A DNA stretch of 64,000 nucleotides. Origin: Candidatus Latescibacterota bacterium. GTDB lineage: Bacteria > Latescibacterota > UBA2968 > UBA8231. The stretch lies in assembly GCA_965200315.1 (NCBI GenBank), contig OZ241362.1, positions 1,632,001 to 1,696,000 of the forward strand, given 5' to 3'. This document shows, piece after piece, positions 27,357-36,774 of this stretch (positions are counted from its first letter, which is position 1; each line of letters starts with the position of its first letter). The notes under the pieces were generated by a model. That model searched no databases and had not been told where the DNA came from. It saw nothing but the letters and a program-made list of their open reading frames with translations. Both the position numbers and the translations under genes were made by a program.

Positions 27357-30020
27357 ATGAATCTGCACGGCAATACGCTCATCGTCCTAGGGCTGCTGGG
27401 CATCAGCCTTCTACCAGCGGCCGGGCAGCAGGACTACGGCTCGCAACTGGGCTGGCGCCAAGGTGGCGAGTACAGCTACGCCCCCCAAGGGCCGGGCGTG
27501 ATGCTCAACGCCATCGACCCGGCTGTCCGCAAATGGTACGTGCCCCAAGAGCTCTATCTAGACTACCGCTGGCACCAGTGGGAGTACACGAACTATGCGC
27601 GGGATCACTACCAGCGCTACATCGACACCTCGCTGGAGGGCGAATACTTCTACGACATTTACGGCAATTCTCTCCCCCGCGGCTGGTTGATCTACAACAA
27701 TTCGCAGACCACGCCAGGGCAGTTCGGCAACTCCCTGTTCAAATCCAACCGCTTCAGGGACTGGTTCTCCGGCGTGGTCGTCACCCACGACCAGAAAGGT
27801 CAATACTATTTCTCCCTGACCGTGAGCAATCAGCTATACACGACCCTGACGCCCATGGTCTTCTCCAAGCCGCGCTTCGACGGGCTGCAGTTCGACCTAG
27901 CCACGGACCGCGTCGAGGCCACGCTGCTCTATTCCCGCATAAGCAATCCCGGCGCCAGCAGCACCCTCAACCGAGAATCCTTGAGCACCAACAACACGAG
28001 CTTGATCGGGGGGCGGCTGACCGGGGAGATCGGAGATTATGCCAAGGTGGGGGTACACACCGTCAACGCCCACCAGTCCAACACGTTGCGCGACAGGACG
28101 AGCTGGAACCCCTTAGCTGGCGAGCTGACCGTGGCGCAAAACAAACCCATCGGTTTCATCCAACTCGTACTGCGCGACGACTCGCCCGAAGACGGCGAGG
28201 GAGGCGCGGCGTACTTTCCGGCCGGATCAGACATCTTCATCACCTATCAAGACGGCACCCAAGAGCGGGGCAGGGAGATCGGCTTTCTGCCGGTCGTGGA
28301 GGGCGGGATTGTCCGGCAGGGCTTCATCGCCGCGGACGGCACGGAAGAGGTCCGGCTGCTCTACGACTTCGACAGTCCCGGCTTTCTCGACCGAGCGAAA
28401 TTTACCAAGGCCGAGATCACCGAGGTAGAGCTGTGGCTGCAGATGGGCAACGACTACCAAGTCTGGGTAACCTCCGATCAGCAGACCGACTTCGACGGCC
28501 AGCCGGTCCTGCTGCTGGTGGCCCAAGCCGAAGGCAACGTCCGCGACATCACCAATCTGCACACGGTGCGGTTCCACTACGGGCTGCCCACCGCAACCCA
28601 TATCACCGGCGGCAGTATCGAGATCCGCGCCCCGTTCGGTTTCGATTTCTACGGCGAGTACGACCGCAGCTGGACCTACCGCAAATATCCCAACGCGGCC
28701 GAAGAAACTCACCACTCCTCCTCTGGCATCAGAGGCGCGGCGAGCGCACCGGCGTGGATGGTGAACGTGTCCCAGCGCCGGGCACCGTGGTTCTTTTTCG
28801 GCGAAGCCTACAGCATGGACCCGTTCTACAACACGCGCACCTTCCTCACCTCGGGCGTCGGAGAAATCGACTACGGCGATACCCGGCGCAGCGGGTTTGA
28901 ACTGGTTGAGGACAACGACGACCACGACCGCATCCCGGATACGGTGCGAGCCGATTGGCTCGAAGGCGACCGGGAGGTCTTTCCTGGCTGGGACCAGAAC
29001 AACGACTTCGTGCCTGATTTCAACCAGAACGACAATAGGATCCGCGCCAATGCCATCCCCGACTACGAGGAAGCCTTCCTGCGCTTTGGCGTGGACCGCC
29101 CCCAGTTCCTTTTCGGCGTCGATATGAACCACAACTTCTGGATCGATCAGTATGAGAACGACGAAGCCCCCGACTTCCCCTATCGCAAGGACCACGAGGG
29201 GTTCAACCTCTATGCCGGGGCCGCTATCACTCCCGCAGTAAAAGTGATAGCGGGCATCCTGCGGGAGGCGTTGATCTCAAGTGACAAGAGGAATCACAGC
29301 AACTACGCCTTGCTGACTATCGATTCGGATACGCCCGGTTTCGGGCGGCTGCGCACCTACTGGATGACCCAATGGGTCGCGGACGATATCCCCGATCCCC
29401 TGTTGCAGTGGGCCCCCGACAACTCCTTGCGCGGCGGGGAACTCATCCGAATCGAAGATCCACTCCTAGCCCAAGACACCTATATCAACCAACTCTTCGT
29501 CGGCCACTCCCTGCAAACAGGCCCTTGGCTGGTGGTCAACAAGGTCCGCCACGTCCTCTACGACCAGCGGATGTCTGACGAGCGTCGGCAGCAATTGGGC
29601 CTTTCCAACGAGGACTACTTCTTTGGTTTGGCCAACAAGGCCAGCTACCGCCGCTGGGTTGGGCCTTTCCTGCTCGAACCGCGGTGGAAGAGCGAGTACA
29701 TCCGCCAGACCCGCGGCCTGTTCGACGCTGGCCGGAAATCGATCCTCACCGAGATGGTCTCGGCCATGGCCGAGACTCCGGTCTTGAGTGCATCCAAGGT
29801 CCAGACCGGAGTCGAGTACCTATACTTCAATGACCTGGACGACGATCAGCAAGATTTCGCCGCCCTGACCGTGGCACTACAGTTCACCACTGATTCCACC
29901 TATCTCGGTTACGGCCTGCGCTCGCTGCTTGGGGCTTCTGTGGAGCACCGGGACTTCAAGCAGCGGAAGTCGCGGACGACCAATCAGTTTTTCATTACGA
30001 TCTACGCCGGTCTGGAGTAG
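27357..30020 (+). CDS. Large secreted, probable outer-membrane hypothetical protein (paralog A)
   Basis: Signal peptide, Asp/Asn-rich motifs, amphipathic beta-strand-like C-terminus ending FFITIYAGLE; paralog of 34051-36774. Confidence 0.8.
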   Translation: MNLHGNTLIVLGLLGISLLPAAGQQDYGSQLGWRQGGEYSYAPQGPGVMLNAIDPAVRKWYVPQELYLDYRWHQWEYTNYARDHYQRYIDTSLEGEYFYDIYGNSLPRGWLIYNNSQTTPGQFGNSLFKSNRFRDWFSGVVVTHDQKGQYYFSLTVSNQLYTTLTPMVFSKPRFDGLQFDLATDRVEATLLYSRISNPGASSTLNRESLSTNNTSLIGGRLTGEIGDYAKVGVHTVNAHQSNTLRDRTSWNPLAGELTVAQNKPIGFIQLVLRDDSPEDGEGGAAYFPAGSDIFITYQDGTQERGREIGFLPVVEGGIVRQGFIAADGTEEVRLLYDFDSPGFLDRAKFTKAEITEVELWLQMGNDYQVWVTSDQQTDFDGQPVLLLVAQAEGNVRDITNLHTVRFHYGLPTATHITGGSIEIRAPFGFDFYGEYDRSWTYRKYPNAAEETHHSSSGIRGAASAPAWMVNVSQRRAPWFFFGEAYSMDPFYNTRTFLTSGVGEIDYGDTRRSGFELVEDNDDHDRIPDTVRADWLEGDREVFPGWDQNNDFVPDFNQNDNRIRANAIPDYEEAFLRFGVDRPQFLFGVDMNHNFWIDQYENDEAPDFPYRKDHEGFNLYAGAAITPAVKVIAGILREALISSDKRNHSNYALLTIDSDTPGFGRLRTYWMTQWVADDIPDPLLQWAPDNSLRGGELIRIEDPLLAQDTYINQLFVGHSLQTGPWLVVNKVRHVLYDQRMSDERRQQLGLSNEDYFFGLANKASYRRWVGPFLLEPRWKSEYIRQTRGLFDAGRKSILTEMVSAMAETPVLSASKVQTGVEYLYFNDLDDDQQDFAALTVALQFTTDSTYLGYGLRSLLGASVEHRDFKQRKSRTTNQFFITIYAGLE

Positions 30021-30028
30021 AAACGCCC

Positions 30029-31996
30029 ATGCGGGACAACGCCTACCGGGCCGTCGGCGAGGCGGCCGCCATCTTTGCACTCGCTTTGTCAGCGCGGTGG
30101 CTGTACATCTACCAGACCGGCGACCATCCCCTGCGGGATATTCCCATCGGCACTGCCATCGTCCACGTCGAGCGAGCGGCTGGCGAAGCGGCCGATTTCG
30201 CGTCCCTGTACGACGCCTTTCTCCGGGTGGTCGGCCAGGCCTACCCGCTAGTCCGGGGGCTCCAAGCCGCGCTGGGGGCCGTCAACTGCGTCCTCGTCTG
30301 GTCGTTGGCGCGGGCCGCCTTCTCGCCCGGGGTAGCTGTCGCCGCCGGCCTAGCCGCTGCTGTCTACAGTCCGGCGATTTACTTTGCCGGTGAGCTCTTG
30401 CCGCCGGTCTTGGCAACGGGTCTAGTGCTGCTCAGTCTGATCGCCCTGTCGCAGGCCCTAACCAGCACCTCGCTCTTTTGGCTGCTGCCGGGCTTGCTGC
30501 TGGGGCTGGCCATGCTGGCCCAAGGGTGGGTGTCGCTGTTTGCCCTAATCACGCTCTTCTGGTTGCTGCACCGGCAAGACTGGGGCGCGGCTGGCTGGCT
30601 GGCCTTGGGGGTCGCCGCGCCGCTGCTGCCCGCCCTCCTGGGGTCGGCTTGGACGCCGGGATTTGCAGAGCTTGGGCTGGCCGAGGGCTTGGGCCGGGTC
30701 TACGCCCTCTGGCAGGGGACCGAGTTTCTGCCGGACCTCGATCCCTATTATGCACGCCAGCATTCCAGTCTGCTTGCGGCGTTGTTGTGGCAAGCCGGGC
30801 TGGCCTTTCCCTTCGGCTTGGTGGCCCCGCTGGCCCTAGTGGGCATTTTCTTTTGCCTCCGCGTCGAGCGCCAGCCGGTGGAGACCGCGCTGCTCCTGTT
30901 CGCCGGGTGTTTCACAGTGCAGGCCCTGCTCTTTTCTGCGGCCGGGGCGGGCGCACGGGCCCCGGCCGCCCCGGCCTTGCTGATCTTTGCCGTGGTCGGC
31001 GCGGGCACTCTGGGGGCCCGGCCACGCCGGCCGGCGCTAGCGGTCGGCGCGGCCGGCCTTCTCCTCGCCGTTGGCCTCAACGCGGGCGATACAGGCTCGG
31101 GCGGGCGCGGCCGCCAGCACTATTGGCTCGGCTATGGCTTTGAACAGCTCGGCCTGTGCGCCAATGCGGTCCGGGAGTACGAGCAGGCCCTTGTGCTGGA
31201 CGCCGGAAGCCTAGAGACCTACTACGCGCTGGCCGAGCACTACCGCGCCCAGAGCGACAACATCCGCGCCGGCGGCCTCTACGAGAGCCTGCTCCAGCGC
31301 TGGCCCGATCAAGACCGGGCACGCAAGGCCCTCGCCGAGGTGTACATGGCCTCTGGACGTACGCCCGAGGCAGCGAAATTGTACCGGGTGCTGGTCGACG
31401 CGGAACCCGCCTTACTGCCCGTGCTGGGCGAGGCGCTGGTCCGCAGCGGCGATGTGGAAGGAGGCATCAGGGCCTACCGCGAGGCCCTAAATGCCCTGCC
31501 GAGCAACGGCGCGGTCCGCAGCAAGCTGGCCTTGCTGTACGCGGCGACGGGCCAGCTCGCCGAGGCCGAGGCCGCCTACCGCATCCTGTTCGAGCAGGGG
31601 CATGTGGCCGAATTTGGTCCCCCGCTGGCCGAGGTGCTCATCCGCAGTCAGCGGGACGAGGATGCGGCGGCCGTGCTCGAGCGGGTCTTGCAGGTCGCGC
31701 CCGAATCGCCAGCGGCCCTAGCGCTGCGGGGCAAGCTACTGTTTGAGCAGGGCCACCACCGCCCAGCCGCTGTCCACTTTGAGCAGTTGCGTCGGCTTTG
31801 GCCGCAGGACTACCGCGTCTATTTCTTCCTAGCCAAGCTCTACGAGCACCTCGGCGAAGAGACCAAGGCCGACGACGCCCTCGCGCTCTACAGCCGCTAC
31901 CGGCGGCAGCAAGAGCGCGAGGAGGTGCAGGAGCACGTGCAGCGAGTGGGAGCCATGATGGCCGAGCAGTTGAAATCCCATCTGGAGCCGAGATAG
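30029..31996 (+). CDS. GT-C (PMT/GT39/GT83-like) membrane glycosyltransferase fused to TPRs
   Basis: Multi-TM N-terminus (AVYSPAIYFAGELL), GLAFPFGLV, C-terminal TPRs; paralog of 43556-45445. Confidence 0.72.
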   Translation: MRDNAYRAVGEAAAIFALALSARWLYIYQTGDHPLRDIPIGTAIVHVERAAGEAADFASLYDAFLRVVGQAYPLVRGLQAALGAVNCVLVWSLARAAFSPGVAVAAGLAAAVYSPAIYFAGELLPPVLATGLVLLSLIALSQALTSTSLFWLLPGLLLGLAMLAQGWVSLFALITLFWLLHRQDWGAAGWLALGVAAPLLPALLGSAWTPGFAELGLAEGLGRVYALWQGTEFLPDLDPYYARQHSSLLAALLWQAGLAFPFGLVAPLALVGIFFCLRVERQPVETALLLFAGCFTVQALLFSAAGAGARAPAAPALLIFAVVGAGTLGARPRRPALAVGAAGLLLAVGLNAGDTGSGGRGRQHYWLGYGFEQLGLCANAVREYEQALVLDAGSLETYYALAEHYRAQSDNIRAGGLYESLLQRWPDQDRARKALAEVYMASGRTPEAAKLYRVLVDAEPALLPVLGEALVRSGDVEGGIRAYREALNALPSNGAVRSKLALLYAATGQLAEAEAAYRILFEQGHVAEFGPPLAEVLIRSQRDEDAAAVLERVLQVAPESPAALALRGKLLFEQGHHRPAAVHFEQLRRLWPQDYRVYFFLAKLYEHLGEETKADDALALYSRYRRQQEREEVQEHVQRVGAMMAEQLKSHLEPR

Positions 31997-34041
31997 TGCC
32001 CAGACCGGTCCCGATTCTGCTGGCACTGGCCTGCGGGCTTTCCGCCACTGGCGCCCAAGAGATGCGGTTTGGCCAAGGCGGCAACATCACCTGGCAAGGA
32101 GCGGTCTCCGGGTTGGACGGCGTCGCCACCATCCAGCCCGAATTCCGCCCTTCCCTCACCCCGCACACCACCGCAATCGGCGTGGCTCCGGACGACCGGA
32201 TCGATCTGGTGCATTCCGACTATCCCGACGCCATTCTGCCCATCCGGCTAGACGAAGGCGAGAACCTGTCCGCGAGCCTAGTCGCCGCAAGCGGCAGCAT
32301 CGTCTCGGAAACGGCCGTGGAGATCAACAAAGACGAGCTGGCGGCGATCCTACAGGAGCTCCTTTCTCCCGAACCGACGGGCACGGCTTTCGAGCGCAAG
32401 GGTACCAATATCCTCGGCACTCTGCTGACCGTGGACCTCGGGGCCATCGTCGGCGTCAACCGCATCCGCTTCTTTCCGCGCAACACCTTTCTCCCCGCGC
32501 CGACCACGCCGTTCCAAAACGACTTTCTGCGAAACTTTGAATTGCGAATCCACGACGGCTTGCACCTGAACGAAGCCGGGTTGCCGGCCTTGGGGACTTG
32601 GGAGTCCTTCCTGACCGTTCATGGCAGCACCGAGCCGGTGACGGTCGTGGAAATTGACCCGCCCCGCTACCTGCGCTTTGTCCGCCTGCGCGCCTCCTCG
32701 TCCATACCCTTTGAGATTGAGAAGCTGCAAATTTTCGGCGAAGGCTTTTTCCCAGCCGCCCAGTATCTCTCGCCCATCGTCGATCTGGGCACCCCCAGCA
32801 ACTGGGGCCAGATTCGCTGGACGCGGAACGTGCTAGGCGCGGAGCCCCTCACCGATCTCATCGTCCGCACCCGCACCGGCAGCGACGACACCCCCTTTGT
32901 CTACAATCGCCGAGAGGTGGGCAACCCCAACGCCGAGGACATACCCTTCTCCATCGACAACCCAAGCGAACCTCTTTCCCGCGCCGAGTTCCTCGCCCTT
33001 CCCGTCAAGGGGACCGCCGCCGATCCCTACGAGCGCGGGTCTATACGGGACGATCTAGACCATTGGAGCCCGTGGTCGCCGCCCTACGCGGACGCGGACG
33101 GCTCCCGCAATATCTCCCCGGCACCCCGGACCTACATCCAGTTCCGGGTCGATTTCCTGAGCCGAGGGCTGCACTCGAGCCAGGTCCTCAACAGCGTCGC
33201 CTTGGAGTTCACTAGGCCGGCTCTGGCCGATGCCCTCATCGCCGAGGTCTTTCCGCGCACCGTGGAGGCCGCTCGAGCCATCGCCTTTGCGTATGCAGTG
33301 CGGGCCGAAATGGAGCGCACCGAACTTCAGGGCTTCAATGGTTTTGAACTATTCACGCAAGGACGGGTCGAGCGGATCACGCGCCTGGAGATCGTCTCCG
33401 CCGACGGCCAGCGCATCTTAGATCACACCTTTGAGACGCAGGACCGCGTCGCGGACGAGGGCCACGCAGCCATTACGTCCATCACCGATGCGGGGTTCGC
33501 GGTCCGCTTCCCCCGCATCGAAACCGACGGTACAATCCTCAAGATCCACTTCGTCAACCGCGTTTTGGCCTACAGTAGCGATTTCAGCGGGCGGGCACTG
33601 GTACAGGGAACCGATGCCTTTCAATGGGTGCAAGCCGGCAACGCGGCCGCGCTAGACGAGCGCGATGCCAGCTTCGATTCGGGCATCACCGTTTTGAGTC
33701 CGGCCGTGACCCGCAGCGGCCTGATCGGCAACTTCGCCCTTGACACCCCCGTTTTCACGCCCAACCGAGACGGCGTACGCGACGGCCTGCGGCTGCGCTT
33801 TGAGGTGCTCACGGTCGTGGGCGAAGCCGATATCGAGGTGGCCCTGTTCGATATTAGCGGCCGGCAACGAGCCACGATTTTCGCGCACCGAGGCGGCAAC
33901 GGCACCTACACCAGCCTCCACTGGGACGGCAGCAACGACCACGGCGAGCTGCTGCCTCCCGGGGTCTATCTCGTGCGGCTGGAGGTGGTCGGCGACGCCC
34001 GGTCCACCGCGGCCGTCCGCTCAGTGGGGATTGCGTATTAG
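31996..34041 (+). CDS. Secreted protein with C-terminal FlgD-Ig/type-B-CTD-like domain (paralog 1)
   Basis: GTG start overlaps the upstream stop; signal peptide; VFTPNRDG...FDISGR...WDGSNDHGELLPPGVYLVRL...SVGIAY. Confidence 0.8.
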   Translation: MPRPVPILLALACGLSATGAQEMRFGQGGNITWQGAVSGLDGVATIQPEFRPSLTPHTTAIGVAPDDRIDLVHSDYPDAILPIRLDEGENLSASLVAASGSIVSETAVEINKDELAAILQELLSPEPTGTAFERKGTNILGTLLTVDLGAIVGVNRIRFFPRNTFLPAPTTPFQNDFLRNFELRIHDGLHLNEAGLPALGTWESFLTVHGSTEPVTVVEIDPPRYLRFVRLRASSSIPFEIEKLQIFGEGFFPAAQYLSPIVDLGTPSNWGQIRWTRNVLGAEPLTDLIVRTRTGSDDTPFVYNRREVGNPNAEDIPFSIDNPSEPLSRAEFLALPVKGTAADPYERGSIRDDLDHWSPWSPPYADADGSRNISPAPRTYIQFRVDFLSRGLHSSQVLNSVALEFTRPALADALIAEVFPRTVEAARAIAFAYAVRAEMERTELQGFNGFELFTQGRVERITRLEIVSADGQRILDHTFETQDRVADEGHAAITSITDAGFAVRFPRIETDGTILKIHFVNRVLAYSSDFSGRALVQGTDAFQWVQAGNAAALDERDASFDSGITVLSPAVTRSGLIGNFALDTPVFTPNRDGVRDGLRLRFEVLTVVGEADIEVALFDISGRQRATIFAHRGGNGTYTSLHWDGSNDHGELLPPGVYLVRLEVVGDARSTAAVRSVGIAY

Positions 34042-34050
34042 CAGGCTCTT

Positions 34051-36774
34051 ATGGAGCATTCCACAAAAAAACGAGGCCCGGGCAGAAGGTCGCGGGCGAT
34101 ATTGCGAGTCGCTTGTATCTTGCTCGCGGCAGGGACGGCGGATGGTCAGATCGACTACGGCGGTCGCCTCGGCGAGGTGCAGGCCGGCCGCCGGAGCTTT
34201 GTACCGCATGGGCCCACGACCCTGATGGAGGCCATTGATCCGGCCGTGCGAAAATGGTACGTGCCGCAGGAGCTGTACTCCCAGTCCGGGTTATGGCAGT
34301 GGGAGACCACCAACTACGCCCGCGAGCCGTACCTGGGCTATGTCAACAACACCCTCGAAGGCGACTTCTTCTACGATCTTTACGGCAATCTGCTCACGCA
34401 GGGATGGCTGCTGTACAACACCAACCAGACGAACCCGGTGGAGCGCGGACACGTCGTGTTTGAATCTCGCAACCTGAGCGACTGGTTCTCCAACATCGCC
34501 ATTGCATCCGAGGAGAAGGGCCAGTATCGCTACGCCCTGACCGTCGGCCGCGATCTGCGCACGACCCTGACCCCGATGGTCTTTTCAAAACCGAGGTTCA
34601 ACGGGGTGCAGCTCGATCTCGCCACCGACAAGTACCAGGGCACCATCATCTATTCACAGGGCGGCATCGGCGGCCCGTCGGACGTGCGGCCCCGCACCGA
34701 CGTCACCACGATCATGGGCGGCCGCTTTGTGACTCAGGTGGGCGATTTCGTGGAAGTGGGGTTCCACCTGGCCAACGCACATCAGTCCAACAGCCTGAAC
34801 GACCGGCTGATGGACAACCTGCTCTCCGGCTCGCTACCGGAATCCAAGAACGAGCTGGTTTCCACCGTCGAGATCGTCCTGCGCGACGACTCGCCCGAAG
34901 ACCTAGCGAGCGGCGCGTCATACTTTCCAGCCGGATCCGATATCGTCATCACCTATCTCGACGGCACCAAAGATGTCGGCCAGGATATTCGCTTCGCGCC
35001 CGTGGTGCAGGGTGGCATTCCCGGCAGGGGTTTTCTCACCGCCATCGGCAACGACGAGATCCGCCTGACATACGATTTCACCGATCCCTCGTTTGTCGCC
35101 CGGGCCCGGGCGGACCGCAGCGAAATTGTCAAGGTCGAATTTCGCCTGACCCTGGCCAACGACTACCAGATATGGATGACCTCGGATCAGCAGACCAGCC
35201 GCCGCGGCGAGCCCGTGTTGCTGATCGTGGAGCGGGCGGAAGGCAATGTCAGCGACGGCTCCAACCTGCGCGTCGTGCAGTTCGAGTACGGTCTGCCCAC
35301 CGCCACTCACCTGATCGGCAGCAGCCTGAAGGTGAACGACGTGTGGGGCTTTGACCTCTACGGCGAATACGACCTGGGGTGGAGCTACCGCAAATACCCC
35401 AATCCGCTGGCCGAGAGCCACGAGGTCTCGTCCGGCGTCCGCGGCCAGCGCGCCCGGCCGGCCTATATGTTAAACCTGAGCAAGCAGGCCCATCCGTTGT
35501 TCTTCTTCGGCGAGGTCTACGCCGTCGACCCCCTGTACAATACCCAGACCTTTGTCACAGATGCAGACGGCACCATGTTCTACGATGAGGACCGGTTGAA
35601 GCTGGAGCTGGTAGACGACAACGACGATCAGGACCGCCTCCCCGACTTATTCCGCCTCGACACCGTAGCCCAAGGCACGGCCGATCCCTTTGCCGCAGAA
35701 TTGGGTGCTGTCGATTTCCGCGTTTTTCCCGGCTGGGATCGCAACAACGATTTCATCCCCGACTTCAACCAAAACGACAATCGGGCCCAACCCAATACCA
35801 TTCCCGACTACGAGGAGCCGTTTTTGCGGTTCGGCACCGACCGCCCCGAATTTCTGCTCGGAGTCGACATGAACCACAACTACTGGGTCGATCGCTTTGA
35901 GAACGACGAGGAGCCAGACTACCCCTACCGCCGAGATCGCCGGGGCTTCAACCTGTTCGGGGGAGTCCATCTGGCCCGGGATCTAGCGGTCAAAGTCGGC
36001 GCACTCCGCGAGGCATCAATAGCGTCCGCCCAGCGCAATCACAGCGACTACGCCGTGCTGGAATGGGATCGGACCTCGCCGCGGTGGGGGCGGTTGCGCC
36101 TCTTTCAAATGTTGGAATGGGTCCGCGACGACCTCGCCGATCCGCTGCTGCAATGGGCACCCAACAATTCCCTGGCCGGCGGACGGGTCGTGCGCTTGGC
36201 CGATCCGCTGCTGGCCCGGGACGCTTCGATCAACCGTTCCTTTGTCGGCCACCACTGGCAGGCGGGGCCTTGGCTGGTGCAGAGCAAGTTGAGTTTTCTC
36301 CGCTTTGCCCAGCGGCTAGACGAACAGGAAAGGCTGCGCTACGGGCTCGACGAGTCCGACTTCTTCTGCGGCCTCATCAACAAGGCCGCCTACCGCTATC
36401 GCTTGGGGCCAGTGGAACTCGTGCCGCGGTGGAAGAGCGAATACATAAACCAGAGTCGCAGTCTGTTCAGCGACGAGGAACGCACCACATTGACCGAGTT
36501 GTTTTCCGGCTTGGCGATCGTGCCGCTCTTGTCCGCCACCACCTTGCAAGGAGGGGTCGAATACCTTCTTTCTTGGGACTTGGACGGCCGGGCAGCCGAT
36601 TTCACCACCATGTCTTACGGCTTGCAGCTTACCAGCACCTCGGCCTATCAGGGCTACGAGGTGTGGCTCGTCACGCGGTTTGTGGTGGAGCGCAAAGATC
36701 CGCGCGGGGAGGATGCCTTCACCAGGGTGCAATCGTTCATCAGCATATACGCTGGACTGGAAAAGGCGCAATGA
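34051..36774 (+). CDS. Large secreted, probable outer-membrane hypothetical protein (paralog B)
   Basis: Shares IDPAVRKWYVPQELY, TTLTPMVFSKPRF, LRDDSPED, YGLPTATH, IPDYEE, PRWKSEYI and IYAGLE with paralog A. Confidence 0.8.
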   Translation: MEHSTKKRGPGRRSRAILRVACILLAAGTADGQIDYGGRLGEVQAGRRSFVPHGPTTLMEAIDPAVRKWYVPQELYSQSGLWQWETTNYAREPYLGYVNNTLEGDFFYDLYGNLLTQGWLLYNTNQTNPVERGHVVFESRNLSDWFSNIAIASEEKGQYRYALTVGRDLRTTLTPMVFSKPRFNGVQLDLATDKYQGTIIYSQGGIGGPSDVRPRTDVTTIMGGRFVTQVGDFVEVGFHLANAHQSNSLNDRLMDNLLSGSLPESKNELVSTVEIVLRDDSPEDLASGASYFPAGSDIVITYLDGTKDVGQDIRFAPVVQGGIPGRGFLTAIGNDEIRLTYDFTDPSFVARARADRSEIVKVEFRLTLANDYQIWMTSDQQTSRRGEPVLLIVERAEGNVSDGSNLRVVQFEYGLPTATHLIGSSLKVNDVWGFDLYGEYDLGWSYRKYPNPLAESHEVSSGVRGQRARPAYMLNLSKQAHPLFFFGEVYAVDPLYNTQTFVTDADGTMFYDEDRLKLELVDDNDDQDRLPDLFRLDTVAQGTADPFAAELGAVDFRVFPGWDRNNDFIPDFNQNDNRAQPNTIPDYEEPFLRFGTDRPEFLLGVDMNHNYWVDRFENDEEPDYPYRRDRRGFNLFGGVHLARDLAVKVGALREASIASAQRNHSDYAVLEWDRTSPRWGRLRLFQMLEWVRDDLADPLLQWAPNNSLAGGRVVRLADPLLARDASINRSFVGHHWQAGPWLVQSKLSFLRFAQRLDEQERLRYGLDESDFFCGLINKAAYRYRLGPVELVPRWKSEYINQSRSLFSDEERTTLTELFSGLAIVPLLSATTLQGGVEYLLSWDLDGRAADFTTMSYGLQLTSTSAYQGYEVWLVTRFVVERKDPRGEDAFTRVQSFISIYAGLEKAQ

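Noticed and set aside
36063-36770. N-terminal 236 aa of the 1265-aa ORF
   Set aside because: It overlaps the upstream gene in another frame. The ATG at 36771 is coupled to that gene's stop and begins a signal peptide.
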